Below are positions 25,901 through 41,340 of a stretch of DNA of 64,000 nucleotides, piece by piece. The stretch covers positions 11,408,001 to 11,472,000 of the forward strand of contig NC_092680.1 in NCBI RefSeq assembly GCF_964355755.1, read 5' to 3'. Source of the DNA: Antedon mediterranea. Taxonomy: Eukaryota > Animalia > Echinodermata. The notes beneath the pieces are model-generated. The model was not told the origin of the DNA, made no database searches, and saw only the letters and a program-made list of their open reading frames with translations. The position numbers were made by a program, and so were the translations under genes. The stretch's first letter is position 1. Each line of letters opens with the position of its first letter.

Positions 25901-28900
25901 CAAATGCGATTTGAAGATATTCTGAGCACTTTGGTGTTTTTATGTTGAAAAGTTTTTTCGAAAATCACAAAATGGTCTAAAACGTCTCCAAATGCGATTT
26001 GAAGCTCTTCTGTACACTTTGATGTTTTGTGTGAAAAAGTTTTGTCGAAATGCTCAAAATGGTCTAAAACGTTTTTAAATACGATATTAAGCTGTTTTGT
26101 GCACTTTGATGATTTGTGTGAAAAGTTTTAACGAAATGCTCAAAATGGTCTAAAACGGTTTCTAATGTGATTTTAAGCACTTTGATGTTTTTGTGTAACC
26201 AAGTTTTTTCGAAAATCACAAAATAGTCTAAAACGTCTCCAAATGCGATTTGAAGCTTTTCTAAGCACTTTGGTGTTTTTATGTTAACAAGTTTTTTCGA
26301 AAATCACAAAATGGTCTAAAACGTCTCCAAATGCGATTTGAGGATATTCTGAGCACTTTGGTGTTTTTTTGTTAAAAAGTTTTTTCGAAAATCACAAAAT
26401 GGTCTAAAACGTCTCCAAATGCGATTTGAAGCTATTCTGTACACTTTGATGTTTTGTGTGAAAAAGTTTTTTCGAAATGCTCAAAATGGTCTAAAACGTT
26501 TTTAAATACGATATAAAGCTATTTTGTGATCTTTGATGTTTTTGTGTGAAAAGTTTTATCGAAATGCTCAAAATGGTCTAAAACGGTTTCTATTGTGATT
26601 TTAAGCACTTTGATGATTTTGTGTAACCAAGTTTCATCGAAATGTACAAAATGGTCTAAAACGTCTCCAAATGCGATTTGAAGCTATTCTAAGTACTTTT
26701 GTGTTTTTATGTTAACAAGTTTTTTCGAAAATCACAAAATGGTCTAAAACGTCTTCAAATGCGATTTGAAGCTATTCTGTACACTTTGATGTTTTGTGTG
26801 AAAAAGTTTTGTCAAAATGCTCAAAATGGTCTAAAACGTTTTTAAAACGATATTAAGCTATTTTGTGCTCTTTGATGTTTTTGTGTAACCAAGTTTCATC
26901 GAAAATCACAACATGGTCTAAAACGTCTCCAAATGCGATTTGAAGCTTTTCTAAGCACTTTGGTGTTTTTATGTTAACAAGTTTTTTCGAAAATCACAAA
27001 ATGGTCTAAAACGTCTCCAAATGCGATTTGAAGCTCTTCAGTACACTTTGATGTTTTGTTTGAAAAAGTTTTGTCGAAATTCTCAAAATGGTCTAAAACG
27101 TTTTTAAATTCGATATTAAGCTGTTTTGTGCACTTTGATGATTTGTGTGAAAAGTTTTAACGAAATGCTCAAAATGGTCTAAAACGGTTTCTAATGTGAT
27201 TTTAAGCACTTTGATGTTTTTGTGTAACCAAGTTTTTTCGAAAATCACAAAATAGTCTAAAACGTCTCCAAATGCGATTTGAAGCTTTTCTAAGCACTTT
27301 GGTGTTTTTATGTTAACAAGTTTTTTCGAAAATCACAAAATGGTCTAAAACGTCTCCAAATGCGATTTGAGGATATTCTGAGCACTTTGGTGTTTTTTTG
27401 TTAAAAAGTTTTTTCGAAAATCACAAAATGGTCTAAAACGTCTCCAAATGCGATTTGAAGCTATTCTGTACACTTTGATGTTTTGTGTGAAAAAGTTTTG
27501 TCGAAATGCTCAAAATGGTCTAAAACATTTTTAAATACGATATTAAGCTATTTTGTGATCTTTGATGTTTTTGTGTGAAAAGTTTTATCGAAATGCTCAA
27601 AATGGTCTAAAACGGTTTCTATTGTGATTTTAAGCACTTTGATGATTTTGTGTAACCAAGTTTCATCGAAATGTACAAAATGGTCTAAAACGTCTCCAAA
27701 TGCGATTTGAAGCTATTCTAAGTACTTTTGTGTTTTTATGTTAACAAGTTTTTCGAAAATCACAAAATGGTCTAAAACGTCTTCAAATGCGATTTGAAGC
27801 TATTCTGTACACTTTGATGTTTTGTGTGAAAAAGTTTTGTCAAAATGCTCAAAATGGTCTAAAACGTTTTTAAAACGATATTAAGCTATTTTGTGCTCTT
27901 TGATGTTTTTGTGTAACCAAGTTTCATCGAAAATCACAACATGGTCTAAAACGTCTCCAAATGCGATTTGAAGCTTTTCTAAGCACTTTGGTGTTTTTAT
28001 GTTAACAAGTTTTTTCGAAAATCACAAAATGGTCTAAAACGTCTCCAAATGCGATTTGAAGCTCTTCTGTACACTTTGATGTTTTGTTTGAAAAAGTTTT
28101 GTCGAAATTTTCAAAATGGTCTAAAACGTTTTTAAATACGATATTAAGCTGTTTTGTGCACTTTGATGATTTGTGTGAAAAGTTTTAACGAAATGCTCAA
28201 AATGGTCTAAAACGGTTTCTAATGTGATTTTAAGCACTTTGATGTTTTTGTGTAACCAAGTTTTTTCGAAAATCACAAAATAGTCTAAAACGTCTCCAAA
28301 TGCGATTTGAAGCTTTTCTAAGCACTTTGGTGTTTTTATGTTAACAAGTTTTTTCGAAAATCACAAAATGGTCTAAAACGTCTCCAAATGCGATTTGAGG
28401 ATATTCTGAGCACTTTGGTGTTTTTTTGTTAAAAAGTTTTTTCGAAAATCACAAAATGGTCTAAAACGTCTCCAAATGCGATTTGAAGCTATTCTGTACA
28501 CTTTGATGTTTTGTGTGAAAAAGTTTTGTCGAAATGCTCAAAATGGTCTAAAACGTTTTTAAATACGATATTAAGCTATTTTGTGATCTTTGATGTTTTT
28601 GTGTGAAAAGTTTTATCGAAATGCTCAAAATGGTCTAAAACGTTTTTAAAACGATATTAAGCTATTTTGTGCTCTTTGATGTTTTTGTGTAACCAAGTTT
28701 CATCGAAAATCACAAAATGGTCTAAAACGTCGCCAAATGCGATTTGAAGCTTTTCTAAGCACTTTGGTGTTTTTATGTTAACAAGTTTTTTCGAAAATCA
28801 CGAAATGGTCTAAAATATCTCCAAATGCGATTTGAAGATATTCTGAGCACTTTGGTGTTTTTATGTTAAAAAGTTTTTTCGAAAATCACAAAATGGTCTA

Positions 28901-29430
28901 AAACGTCTCCAAACGCGATTTGAAGCTCTTCTGTACACTTTGATGTTTTGTGTGAAAAAGTTTTGTCGAAATTCTCAAAATGGTCTAAAACGTTTTTAAA
29001 TACGATATTAAGCTGTTTTGTGCACTTTGATGATTTGTGTGAAAAGTTTTAACGAAATGCTCAAAATGGTCAAAAACGGTTTCTAATGTGATTTTAAGCA
29101 CTTTGATGTTTTTGTGTAACCAAGTTTTTTCAAAAATCACAAAATGGTCTAAAACGTCTCCAAATGCGATTTGAAGCTTTTCTAAGCACTTTGGTGTTTT
29201 TATGTTAACAAGTTTTTTCGAAAATCACAAAATGGTCTAAAACGTCTCCAAATGCGATTTGAAGATATTCTGAGCACTTTGGTGTTTTTATGTTAAAAAG
29301 TTTTTTCGAAAATCACAAAATAGTCTAAAACGTCTCCAAATGCGATTTGAAGCTATTCTGTACACTTTGATGTTTTGTGTGAAAAAGTTTTGTCGAAATG
29401 CTCAAAATGGTCTAAAACGTTTTTAAAACG
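22960..29430 (+). repeat. Dispersed copy of ~5870-11740 (offset 17091, then 17692 after an internal 601-bp duplication)
   Basis: ataatcac 6541/23632 and acaaatgctc 6711/23802 (offset 17091); tatcttaac 8161/25853, ataaagct 8821/26513 and a 1-bp T deletion 10051/27743 (offset 17692). Confidence 0.85.
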
Positions 29431-31089
29431 ATATTATTAAGCTATTTTGTGCTCTTTGATGTTTTTGTGTAACCAAGTTTCATCGAAAATCACAAAATGG
29501 TCTAAAACGTCTCAAAATGCGATTTGAAGCTTTTCTAAGCACTTTGGTGTTTTTATCTTAACAAGTTTTTTCGAAAATCACGAAATGGTCTAAAATGTCT
29601 CCAAATGCGATTTGAAGATATTCTGAGCACTTTGGTGTTTTTATGTTAAAAAGTTTTTTCGAAAATCACAAAATGGTCTAAAACGTCTCCAAATGCGATT
29701 TGAAGCTCTTCTGTACACTTTGATGTTTTGTGTGAAAAAGTTTTGTCGAAATGCTCAAAATGGTCTAAAACGTTTTTAAATACGATATTAAGCTGTTTTG
29801 TGCACTTTGATGATTTGTGTGAAAAGTTTTAACGAAATGCTCAAAATGGTCTAAAACGGTTTCTAATGTGATTTTAAGCACTTTGATGTTTTTGTGTAAC
29901 CAAGTTTTTTCGAAAATCACAAAATAGTCTAAAACGTCTCCAAATGCGATTTGAAGCTTTTCTAAGCACTTTGGTGTTTTTATGTTAACAAGTTTTTTCG
30001 AAAATCACAAAATGGTCTAAAACGTCTCCAAATGCGATTTGAGGATATTCTGAGCACTTTGGTGTTTTTTTGTTAAAAAGTTTTTTCGAAAATCACAAAA
30101 TGGTCTAAAACGTCTCCAAATGCGATTTGAAGCTATTCTGTACACTTTGATGTTTTGTGTGAAAAAGTTTTGTCGAAATGCTCAAAATGGTCTAAAACGT
30201 TTTTAAATACGATATTAAGCTATTTTGTGATCTTTGATGTTTTTGTGTGAAAAGTTTTATCGAAATGCTCAAAATGGTCTAAAACGGTTTCTATTGTGAT
30301 TTTGAGCACTTTGATGATTTTGTGTAACCAAGTTTCATCGAAATGTACAAAATGGTCTAAAACGTCTCCAAATGCGATTTGAAGCTATTCTAAGTACTTT
30401 TGTGTTTTTATGTTAACAAGTTTTTTCGAAAATCACAAAATGGTCTAAAACGTCTCAAAATGCGATTTGAAGCTATTCTGTACACTTTGATGTTTTGTGT
30501 GAAAAAGTTTTGTCGAAATGCTCAAAATGGTCTAAAACGTTTTTAAAACGATATTAAGCTATTTTGTGCTCTTTGATGTTTTTGTGTAACCAAGTTTCAT
30601 CGAAATCAACAAAATGGTCTAATACGTCTCCAAATGCGATTTGAAGCTTTTCCAAGCTTTTTGCTGTTTTTATGTTAAGTTTTTTCGAAAATCACAAAAT
30701 GGTCTAAAACGTCTTCAAATGCGATTTGAAGCTATTCTGTACACTTTGATGTTTTGTGTGAAAAAGTTTTGTCGAAATGCTCAAAATGGTCTAAAACGTT
30801 TTTAAATACGATATTAAGCTATTTTGTGATCTTTGATGTTTTTGTGTGAAAAGTTTTATCAAAATGCTCAAAATGGTCTGAAACGGTTTCTAATGCGATT
30901 TGAAGCTATTCTGTACACTTTGAAGTTTTGTGTGAAAAAGTTTTCTCGAAATGCTCAAAATGGTCTAAAACGTTTTTATATACCATATTAAGCTATTTTG
31001 TGCACTTTGATGTTTTTTTTGAAAAGTTTTATCGAAATGCTCAAAATGGTCTAAAACGGTTTCTATTGGGATTTTAAGCACTTTGATGT

Positions 31090-34000
31090 TTTTGTGTAAC
31101 CAAGTTTCATCGAAAATCACAAAATGATCTAAAACGTCTCCAAATGCGATTTGAAGCTTTTCTAAGCACTTTGGTGTTTTTATGTTAACAAGTTTTTTCG
31201 AAAATCACAAAATGGTCTAAAACGTCTCCAAATGCGATTTGAAGCTCTTCTGTACACTTTGATGTTTTGTTTGAAAAAGTTTTGTCGAAATTCTCAAAAT
31301 GGTCTAAAACGTTTTTAAATACGATATTAAGCTGTTTTGTGCACTTTGATGATTTGTGTGAAAAGTTTTAACGAAATGCTCAAAATGTTCTAAAACGGTT
31401 TCTAATGTGATTTTAAGCACTTTGATGTTTTTGTGTAACCAAGTTTTATCGAAAATCACAAAATAGTCTAAAACGTCTCCAAATGCGATTTGAAGCTTTT
31501 CTAAGCACTTTGGTGTTTTTATGTTAACAAGTTTTTTCGAAAATCACAAAATGGTCTAAAACGTCTCCAAATGCGATTTGAAGCTATTCTAAGTACTTTT
31601 GTGTTTTTATGTTAACAAGTTTTTTCGAAAATCACAAAATGGTCTAAAACGTCTTCAAATGCGATTTGAAGCTATTCTGTACACTTTGATGTTTTGTGTG
31701 AAAAAGTTTTGTCAAAATGCTCAAAATGGTCTAAAACGTTTTTAAAACGATATTAAGCTATTTTGTGCTCTTTGATGTTTTTGTGTAACCAAGTTTCATC
31801 GAAAATCACAAAATGGTCTAAAACGTCTCCAAATGCGATTTGAAGCTTTTCTAAGCACTTTGGTGTTTTTATGTTAACAAGTTTTTTCGAAAATCACAAA
31901 ATGGTCTAAATCGTCTCCAAATGCGATTTGAAGCTCTTCTGTACACTTTGATGTTTTGTTTGAAAAAGTTTTGTCGAAATTCTCAAAATGGTCTAAAACG
32001 TTTTTAAATACGATATTAAGCTGTTTTGTGCACTTTGATGATTTGTGTGAAAAGTTTTAACGAAATGCTCAAAATGGTCTAAAACGGTTTCTAATGTGAT
32101 TTTAAGCACTTTGATGTTTTTGTGTAACCAAGTTTTTTCGAAAATCACAAAATAGTCTAAAACGTCTCCAAATGCGATTTGAAGCTTTTCTAAGCACTTT
32201 GGTGTTTTTATGTTAACAAGTTTTTTCGAAAATCACAAAATGGTCGAAAACGTCTCAAAATGCGATTTGAGGATATTCTGAGCACTTTGGTGTTTTTTTG
32301 TTAAAAAGTTTTTTCGAAAATCACAAAATGGTCTAAAACGTCTCCAAATGCGATTTGAAGCTATTCTGTACACTTTGATGTTTTGTGTGAAAAAGTTTTG
32401 TCGAAATGCTCAAAATGGTCTAAAACGTTTTTAAATACGATAATAAGCTATTTTGTGATCTTTGATGTTTTTGTGTGAAAAGTTTTATCGAAATGCTCAA
32501 AATGGTCTAAAACGTTTTTAAAACGATATTAAGCTATTTTGTGCTCTTTGATGTTTTTGTGTAACCAAGTTTCATCGAAAATCACAAAATGGTCTAAAAC
32601 GTCGCCAAATGCGATTTGAAGCTATTCTGTACACTTTGATGTTTTGTGTGAAAAAGTTTTGTCGAAATGCTCAAAATGGTCTAAAACGTTTTTAAAACGA
32701 TATTAAGCTATTTTGTGCTCTTTGATGTTTTTGTGTAACCAAGTTTCATCGAAAATCACAAAATGGTCTAAAACGTCTCCAAATGCGATTTGAAGCTTTT
32801 CTAAGCACTTTGGTGTTTTTATGTTAACAAGTTTTTTCGAAAATCACAAAATGGTCTAAAACGTCTCCAAATGCGATTTGAAGCTCTTCTGTACACTTTG
32901 ATGTTTTGTTTGAAAAAGTTTTGTCGAAATTTTCAAAATGGTCTAAAACGTTTTTAAATACGATATTAAGCTGTTTTGTGCACTTTGATGATTTGTGTGA
33001 AAAGTTTTAACGAAATGCTCAAAATGGTCTAAAACGGTTTCTAATGTGATTTTAAGCACTTTGATGTTTTTGTGTAACCAAGTTTTTTCGAAAATCACAA
33101 AATAGTCTAAAACGTCTCCAAATGCGATTTGAAGCTTTTCTAAGCACTTTGGTGTTTTTATGTTAACAAGTTTTTTCGAAAATCACAAAATGGTCTAAAA
33201 CGTCTCCAAATGCGATTTGAGGATATTCTGAGCACTTTGGTGTTTTTTTGTTAAAAAGTTTTTTCGAAAATCACAAAATGGTCTAAAATGTCTCCAAATG
33301 CGATTTGAAGCTATTCTGTACACTTTGATGTTTTATGTGAAAAAGTTTTGTCGAAATGCTCAAAATGGTCTAAAACGTTTTTAAATACGATATTAAGCTA
33401 TTTTGTGATCTTTGATGTTTTTGTGTGAAAAGTTTTATCGAAATGCTCAAAATGGTCTAAAACGTTTTTAAAACGATATTAAGCTATTTTGTGCTCTTTG
33501 ATGTTTTTGTGTAACCAAGTTTCATCGAAAATCACAAAATGGTCTAAAACGTCGCCAAATGCGATTTGAAGCTTTTCTAAGCACTTTGGTGTTTTTATGT
33601 TAACAAGTTTTTTCGAAAATCACGAAATGGTCTAAAATATCTCCAAATGCGATTTGAAGATATTCTGAGCACTTTGGTGTTTTTATGTTAAAAAGTTTTT
33701 TCGAAAATCACAAAATGGTCTAAAACGTCTCCAAACGCGATTTGAAGCTCTTCTGTACACTTTGATGTTTTGTGTGAAAAAGTTTTGTCGAAATTCTCAA
33801 AATGGTCTAAAACGTTTTTAAATACGATATTAAGCTGTTTTGTGCACTTTGATGATTTGTGTGAAAAGTTTTAACGAAATGCTCAAAATGGTCAAAAACG
33901 GTTTCTAATGTGATTTTAAGCACTTTGATGTTTTTGTGTAACCAAGTTTTTTCAAAAATCACAAAATGGTCTAAAACGTCTCCAAATGCGATTTGAAGCT

Positions 34001-36900
34001 TTTCTAAGCACTTTGGTGTTTTTATGTTAACAAGTTTTTTCGAAAATCACAAAATGGTCTAAAACGTCTCCAAATGCGATTTGAAGATATTCTGAGCACT
34101 TTGGTGTTTTTATGTTAAAAAGTTTTTTTGAAAATCACAAAATAGTCTAAAACGTCTCCAAATGCGATTTGAAGCTATTCTGTACACTTTGATGTTTTGT
34201 GTGAAAAAGTTTTGTCGAAATGCTCAAAATGGTCTAAAACGTTTTTAAAACGATATTAAGCTATTTTGTGCTCTTTGATGTTTTTGTGTAACCAAGTTTC
34301 ATCGAAAATCACAAAATGGTCTAAAACGTCTCAAAATGCGATTTGAAGCTTTTCTAAGCACTTTGGTGTTTTTATGTTAACAAGTTTTTTCGAAAATCAC
34401 GAAATGGTCTAAAATGTCTCCAAATGCGATTTGAAGATATTCTGAGCACTTTGGTGTTTTTATGTTAAAAAGTTTTTTCGAAAATCACAAAATGGTCTAA
34501 AACGTCTCCAAATGCGATTTGAAGCTCTTCTGTACACTTTGATGTTTTGTGTGAAAAAGTTTTGTCGAAATGCTCAAAATGGTCTAAAACGTTTTTAAAT
34601 ACGATATTAAGCTGTTTTGTGCACTTTGATGATTTGTGTGAAAAGTTTTAACGAAATGCTCAAAATGGTCTAAAACGGTTTCTAATGTGATTTTAAGCAC
34701 TTTGATGTTTTTGTGTAACCAAGTTTTTTCGAAAATCACAAAATAGTCTAAAACGTCTCCAAATGCGATTTGAAGCTTTTCTAAGCACTTTGGTGTTTTT
34801 ATGTTAACAAGTTTTTTCGAAAATCACGAAATGGTCTAAAATGTCTCCAAATGCGATTTGAAGATATTCTGAGCACTTTGGTGTTTTTATGTTAAAAAGT
34901 TTTTTCGAAAATCACAAAATGGTCTAAAACGTCTCCAAATGCGATTTGAAGCTCTTCTGTACACTTTGATGTTTTGTGTGAAAAAGTTTTGTCGAAATGC
35001 TCAAAATGGTCTAAAACGTTTTTAAATACGATATTAAGCTATTTTGTGATCTTTGATGTTTTTGTGTGAAAAGTTTTATCGAAATGCTCAAAATGGTCTA
35101 AAACGGTTTCTATTGTGATTTTAAGCACTTTGATGATTTTGTGTAACCAAGTTTCATCGAAATGTACAAAATGGTCTAAAACGTCTCCAAATGCGATTTG
35201 AAGCTATTCTAAGTACTTTTGTGTTTTTATGTTAACAAGTTTTTTCGAAAATCACAAAATGGTCTAAAACGTCTTCAAATGCGATTTGAAGCTATTCTGT
35301 ACACTTTGATGTTTTGTGTGAAAAAGTTTTGTCAAAATGCTCAAAATGGTCTAAAACGTTTTTAAAACGATATTAAGCTATTTTGTGCTCTTTGATGTTT
35401 TTGTGTAACCAAGTTTCATCGAAAATCACAAAATGATCTAAAACGTCTCCAAATGCGATTTGAAGCTTTTCTAAGCACTTTGGTGTTTTTATGTTAACAA
35501 GTTTTTTCGAAAATCACAAAATGGTCTAAAACGTCTCCAAATGCGATTTGAAGCTCTTCTGTACACTTTGATGTTTTGTTTGAAAAAGTTTTGTCGAAAT
35601 TCTCAAAATGGTCTAAAACGTTTTTAAATACGATATTAAGCTGTTTTGTGCACTTTGATGATTTGTGTGAAAAGTTTTAACGAAATGCTCAAAATGTTCT
35701 AAAACGGTTTCTAATGTGATTTTAAGCACTTTGATGTTTTTGTGTAACCAAGTTTTATCGAAAATCACAAAATAGTCTAAAACGTCTCCAAATGCGATTT
35801 GAAGCTTTTCTAAGCACTTTGGTGTTTTTATGTTAACAAGTTTTTTCGAAAATCACAAAATGGTCTAAAACGTCTCCAAATGCGATTTGAAGCTATTCTA
35901 AGTACTTTTGTGTTTTTATGTTAACAAGTTTTTTCGAAAATCACAAAATGGTCTAAAACGTCTTCAAATGCGATTTGAAGCTATTCTGTACACTTTGATG
36001 TTTTGTGTGAAAAAGTTTTGTCAAAATGCTCAAAATGGTCTAAAACGTTTTTAAAACGATATTAAGCTATTTTGTGCTCTTTGATGTTTTTGTGTAACCA
36101 AGTTTCATCGAAAATCACAAAATGGTCTAAAACGTCTCCAAATGCGATTTGAAGCTTTTCTAAGCACTTTGGTGTTTTTATGTTAACAAGTTTTTTCGAA
36201 AATCACAAAATGGTCTAAATCGTCTCCAAATGCGATTTGAAGCTCTTCTGTACACTTTGATGTTTTGTTTGAAAAAGTTTTGTCGAAATTCTCAAAATGG
36301 TCTAAAACGTTTTTAAATACGATATTAAGCTGTTTTGTGCACTTTGATGATTTGTGTGAAAAGTTTTAACGAAATGCTCAAATCGGTCTAAAACGGTTTC
36401 TAATGTGATTTTAAGCACTTTGATGTTTTTGTGTAACCAAGTTTTTTCGAAAATCACAAAATAGTCTAAAACGTCTCCAAATGCGATTTGAAGCTTTTCT
36501 AAGCACTTTGGTGTTTTTATGTTAACAAGTTTTTTCGAAAATCACAAAATGGTCGAAAACGTCTCAAAATGCGATTTGAGGATATTCTGAGCACTTTGGT
36601 GTTTTTTTGTTAAAAAGTTTTTTCGAAAATCACAAAATGGTCTAAAACGTCTCCAAATGCGATTTGAAGCTATTCTGTACACTTTGATGTTTTGTGTGAA
36701 AAAGTTTTGTCGAAATGCTCAAAATGGTCTAAAACGTTTTTAAATACGATATTAAGCTATTTTGTGATCTTTGATGTTTTTGTGTGAAAAGTTTTATCGA
36801 AATGCTCAAAATGGTCTAAAACGTTTTTAAAACGATATTAAGCTATTTTGTGCTCTTTGATGTTTTTGTGTAACCAAGTTTCATCGAAAATCACAAAATG
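31090..36900 (+). repeat. Tandem duplication with period 4309 bp
   Basis: aaaatgatct 31121/35430, aaaatgttct 31382/35691 and ggtcgaaaac 32242/36551. The same 4309 spacing occurs at 50821/55130. Confidence 0.8.
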
Positions 36901-38719
36901 GTCTAAAACGTCGCCAAATGCGATTTGAAGCTATTCTGTACACTTTGATGTTTTGTGTGAAAAAGTTTTGTCGAAATGCTCAAAATGGTCTAAAACGTTT
37001 TTAAAACGATATTAAGCTATTTTGTGCTCTTTGATGTTTTTGTGTAACCAAGTTTCATCGAAAATCACAAAATGGTCTAAAACGTCGCCAAATGCGATTT
37101 GAAGCTATTCTGTACACTTTGATGTTTTGTGTGAAAAAGTTTTGTCAAAATGCTCAAAATGGTCTAAAACGTTTTTAAAACGATATTAAGCTATTTTGTG
37201 CTCTTTGATGTTTTTGTGTAACCAAGTTTCATCGAAAATCACAAAATGGTCTAAAACGTCTCCAAATGCGATTTGAAGCTTTTCTAAGCACTTTGGTGTT
37301 TTTATGTTAACAAGTTTTTTCGAAAATCACAAAATGGTCTAAATCGTCTCCAAATGCGATTTGAAGCTCTTCTGTACACTTTGATGTTTTGTTTGAAAAA
37401 GTTTTGTCGAAATTCTCAAAATGGTCTAAAACGTTTTTAAATACGATATTAAGCTGTTTTGTGCACTTTGATGATTTGTGTGAAAAGTTTTAACGAAATG
37501 CTCAAAATGGTCTAAAACGGTTTCTAATGTGATTTTAAGCACTTTGATGTTTTTGTGTAACCAAGTTTTTTCGAAAATCACAAAATAGTCTAAAACGTCT
37601 CCAAATGCGATTTGAAGCTTTTCTAAGCACTTTGGTGTTTTTATGTTAACAAGTTTTTTCGAAAATCACAAAATGGTCGAAAACGTCTCAAAATGCGATT
37701 TGAGGATATTCTGAGCACTTTGGTGTTTTTTTGTTAAAAAGTTTTTTCGAAAATCACAAAATGGTCTAAAACGTCTCCAAATGCGATTTGAAGCTATTCT
37801 GTACACTTTGATGTTTTGTGTGAAAAAGTTTTGTCGAAATGCTCAAAATGGTCTAAAACGTTTTTAAATACGATATTAAGCTATTTTGTGATCTTTGATG
37901 TTTTTGTGTGAAAAGTTTTATCGAAATGCTCAAAATGGTCTAAAACGTTTTTAAAACGATATTAAGCTATTTTGTGCTCTTTGATGTTTTTGTGTAACCA
38001 AGTTTCATCGAAAATCACAAAATGGTCTAAAACGTCGCCAAATGCGATTTGAAGCTATTCTGTACACTTTGATGTTTTGTGTGAAAAAGTTTTGTCGAAA
38101 TGCTCAAAATGGTCTAAAACGTTTTTAAAACGATATTAAGCTATTTTGTGCTCTTTGATGTTTTTGTGTAACCAAGTTTCATCGAAATCAACAAAATGGT
38201 CTAATACGTCTCCAAATGCGATTTGAAGCTTTTCCAAGCTTTTTGCTGTTTTTATGTTAAGTTTTTTCGAAAATCACAAAATGGTCTAAAACGTCTTCAA
38301 ATGCGATTTGAAGCTATTCTGTACACTTTGATGTTTTGTGTGAAAAAGTTTTGTCGAAATGCTCAAAATGGTCTAAAACGTTTTTAAATACGATATTAAG
38401 CTATTTTGTGATCTTTGATGTTTTTGTGTGAAAAGTTTTATCAAAATGCTCAAAATGGTCTGAAACGGTTTCTAATGCGATTTGAAGCTATTCTGTACAC
38501 TTTGAAGTTTTGTGTGAAAAAGTTTTCTCGAAATGCTCAAAATGGTCTAAAACGTTTTTATATACCATATTAAGCTATTTTGTGCACTTTGATGTTTTTT
38601 TTGAAAAGTTTTATCGAAATGCTCAAAATGGTCTAAAACGGTTTCTATTGGGATTTTAAGCACTTTGATGATTTTGTGTAACCAAGTTTCATCGAAAATC
38701 ACAAAATGGTCTAAAACGT

Positions 38720-41340
38720 CTCCAAATGCGATTTGAGGATATTCTGAGCACTTTGGTGTTTTTTTGTTAAAAAGTTTTTTCGAAAATCACAAAATGGTCT
38801 AAAACGTCTCCAAATGCGATTTGAAGCTATTCTGTACACTTTGATGTTTTGTGTGAAAAAGTTTTGTCGAAATGCTCAAAATGGTCTAAAACGTTTTTAA
38901 ATACGATATTAAGCTATTTTGTGATCTTTGATGTTTTTGTGTGAAAAGTTTTATCGAAATGCTCAAAATGGTCTAAAACGTTTTTAAAACGATATTAAGC
39001 TATTTTGTGCTCTTTGATGTTTTTGTGTAACCAAGTTTCATCGAAAATCACAAAATGGTCTAAAACGTCGCCAAATGCGATTTGAAGCTTTTCTAAGCAC
39101 TTTGGTGTTTTTATGTTAACAAGTTTTTTCGAAAATCACGAAATGGTCTAAAATATCTCCAAATGCGATTTGAAGATATTCTGAGCACTTTGGTGTTTTT
39201 ATGTTAAAAAGTTTTTTCGAAAACCACAAAATGGTCTAAAACGTCTCCAAACGCGATTTGAAGCTCTTCTGTACACTTTGATGTTTTGTGTGAAAAAGTT
39301 TTGTCGAAATTCTCAAAATGGTCTAAAACGTTTTTAAATACGATATTAAGCTGTTTTGTGCACTTTGATGATTTGTGTGAAAAGTTTTAACGAAATGCTC
39401 AAAATGGTCAAAAACGGTTTCTAATGTGATTTTAAGCACTTTGATGTTTTTGTGTAACCAAGTTTTTTCAAAAATCACAAAATGGTCTAAAACGTCTCCA
39501 AATGCGATTTGAAGCTTTTCTAAGCACTTTGGTGTTTTTATGTTAACAAGTTTTTTCGAAAATCACAAAATGGTCTAAAACGTCTCCAAATGCGATTTGA
39601 AGATATTCTGAGCACTTTGGTGTTTTTATGTTAAAAAGTTTTTTCGAAAATCACAAAATAGTCTAAAACGTCTCCAAATGCGATTTGAAGCTATTCTGTA
39701 CACTTTGATGTTTTGTGTGAAAAAGTTTTGTCGAAATGCTCAAAATGGTCTAAAACGTTTTTAAAACGATATTATTAAGCTATTTTGTGCTCTTTGATGT
39801 TTTTGTGTAACCAAGTTTCATCGAAAATCACAAAATGGTCTAAAACGTCTCAAAATGCGATTTGAAGCTTTTCTAAGCACTTTGGTGTTTTTATCTTAAC
39901 AAGTTTTTTCGAAAATCACGAAATGGTCTAAAATGTCTCCAAATGCGATTTGAAGATATTCTGAGCACTTTGGTGTTTTTATGTTAAAAAGTTTTTTCGA
40001 AAATCACAAAATGGTCTAAAACGTCTCCAAATGCGATTTGAAGCTCTTCTGTACACTTTTATGTTTTGTGTGAAAAAGTTTTGTCGAAATGCTCAAAATG
40101 GTCTAAAACGTTTTTAAATACGATATTAAGCTGTTTTGTGCACTTTGATGATTTGTGTGAAAAGTTTTAACGAAATGCTCAAAATGGTCTAAAACGGTTT
40201 CTAATGTGATTTTAAGCACTTTGATGTTTTTGTGTAACCAAGTTTTTTCGAAAATCACAAAATAGTCTAAAACGTCTCCAAATGCGATTTGAAGCTTTTC
40301 TAAGCACTTTGGTGTTTTTATGTTAACAAGTTTTTTCGAAAATCACAAAATGGTCTAAAACGTCTCCAAATGCGATTTGAGGATATTCTGAGCACTTTGG
40401 TGTTTTTTTGTTAAAAAGTTTTTTCGAAAATCACAAAATGGTCTAAAACGTCTCCAAATGCGATTTGAAGCTATTCTGTACACTTTGATGTTTTGTGTGA
40501 AAAAGTTTTGTCGAAATGCTCAAAATGGTCTAAAACGTTTTTAAATACGATATTAAGCTATTTTGTGATCTTTGATGTTTTTGTGTGAAAAGTTTTATCG
40601 AAATGCTCAAAATGGTCTAAAACGGTTTCTATTGTGATTTTAAGCACTTTGATGATTTTGTGTAACCAAGTTTCATCGAAATGTACAAAATGGTCTAAAA
40701 CGTCTCCAAATGCGATTTGAAGCTATTCTAAGTACTTTTGTGTTTTTATGTTAACAAGTTTTTTCGAAAATCACAAAATGGTCTAAAACGTCTCAAAATG
40801 CGATTTGAAGCTATTCTGTACACTTTGATGTTTTGTGTGAAAAAGTTTTGTCGAAATGCTCAAAATGGTCTAAAACGTTTTTAAAACGATATTAAGCTAT
40901 TTTGTGCTCTTTGATGTTTTTGTGTAACCAAGTTTCATCGAAATCAACAAAATGGTCTAATACGTCTCCAAATGCGATTTGAAGCTTTTCCAAGCTTTTT
41001 GCTGTTTTTATGTTAAGTTTTTTCGAAAATCACAAAATGGTCTAAAACGTCTTCAAATGCGATTTGAAGCTATTCTGTACACTTTGATGTTTTGTGTGAA
41101 AAAGTTTTGTCGAAATGCTCAAAATGGTCTAAAACGTTTTTAAATACGATATTAAGCTATTTTGTGATCTTTGATGTTTTTGTGTGAAAAGTTTTATCAA
41201 AATGCTCAAAATGGTCTGAAACGGTTTCTAATGCGATTTGAAGCTATTCTGTAATCTTTGAAGTTTTGTGTGAAAAAGTTTTCTCGAAATGCTCAAAATG
41301 GTCTAAAACGTTTTTATATACCATATTAAGCTATTTTGTG
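38720..41340 (+). repeat. Dispersed copy of ~28380-31000 (offset 10338)
   Basis: A 3-bp insertion giving atattattaagc at 29431/39769, and cgaaatcaac at 30601/40939. Confidence 0.8.
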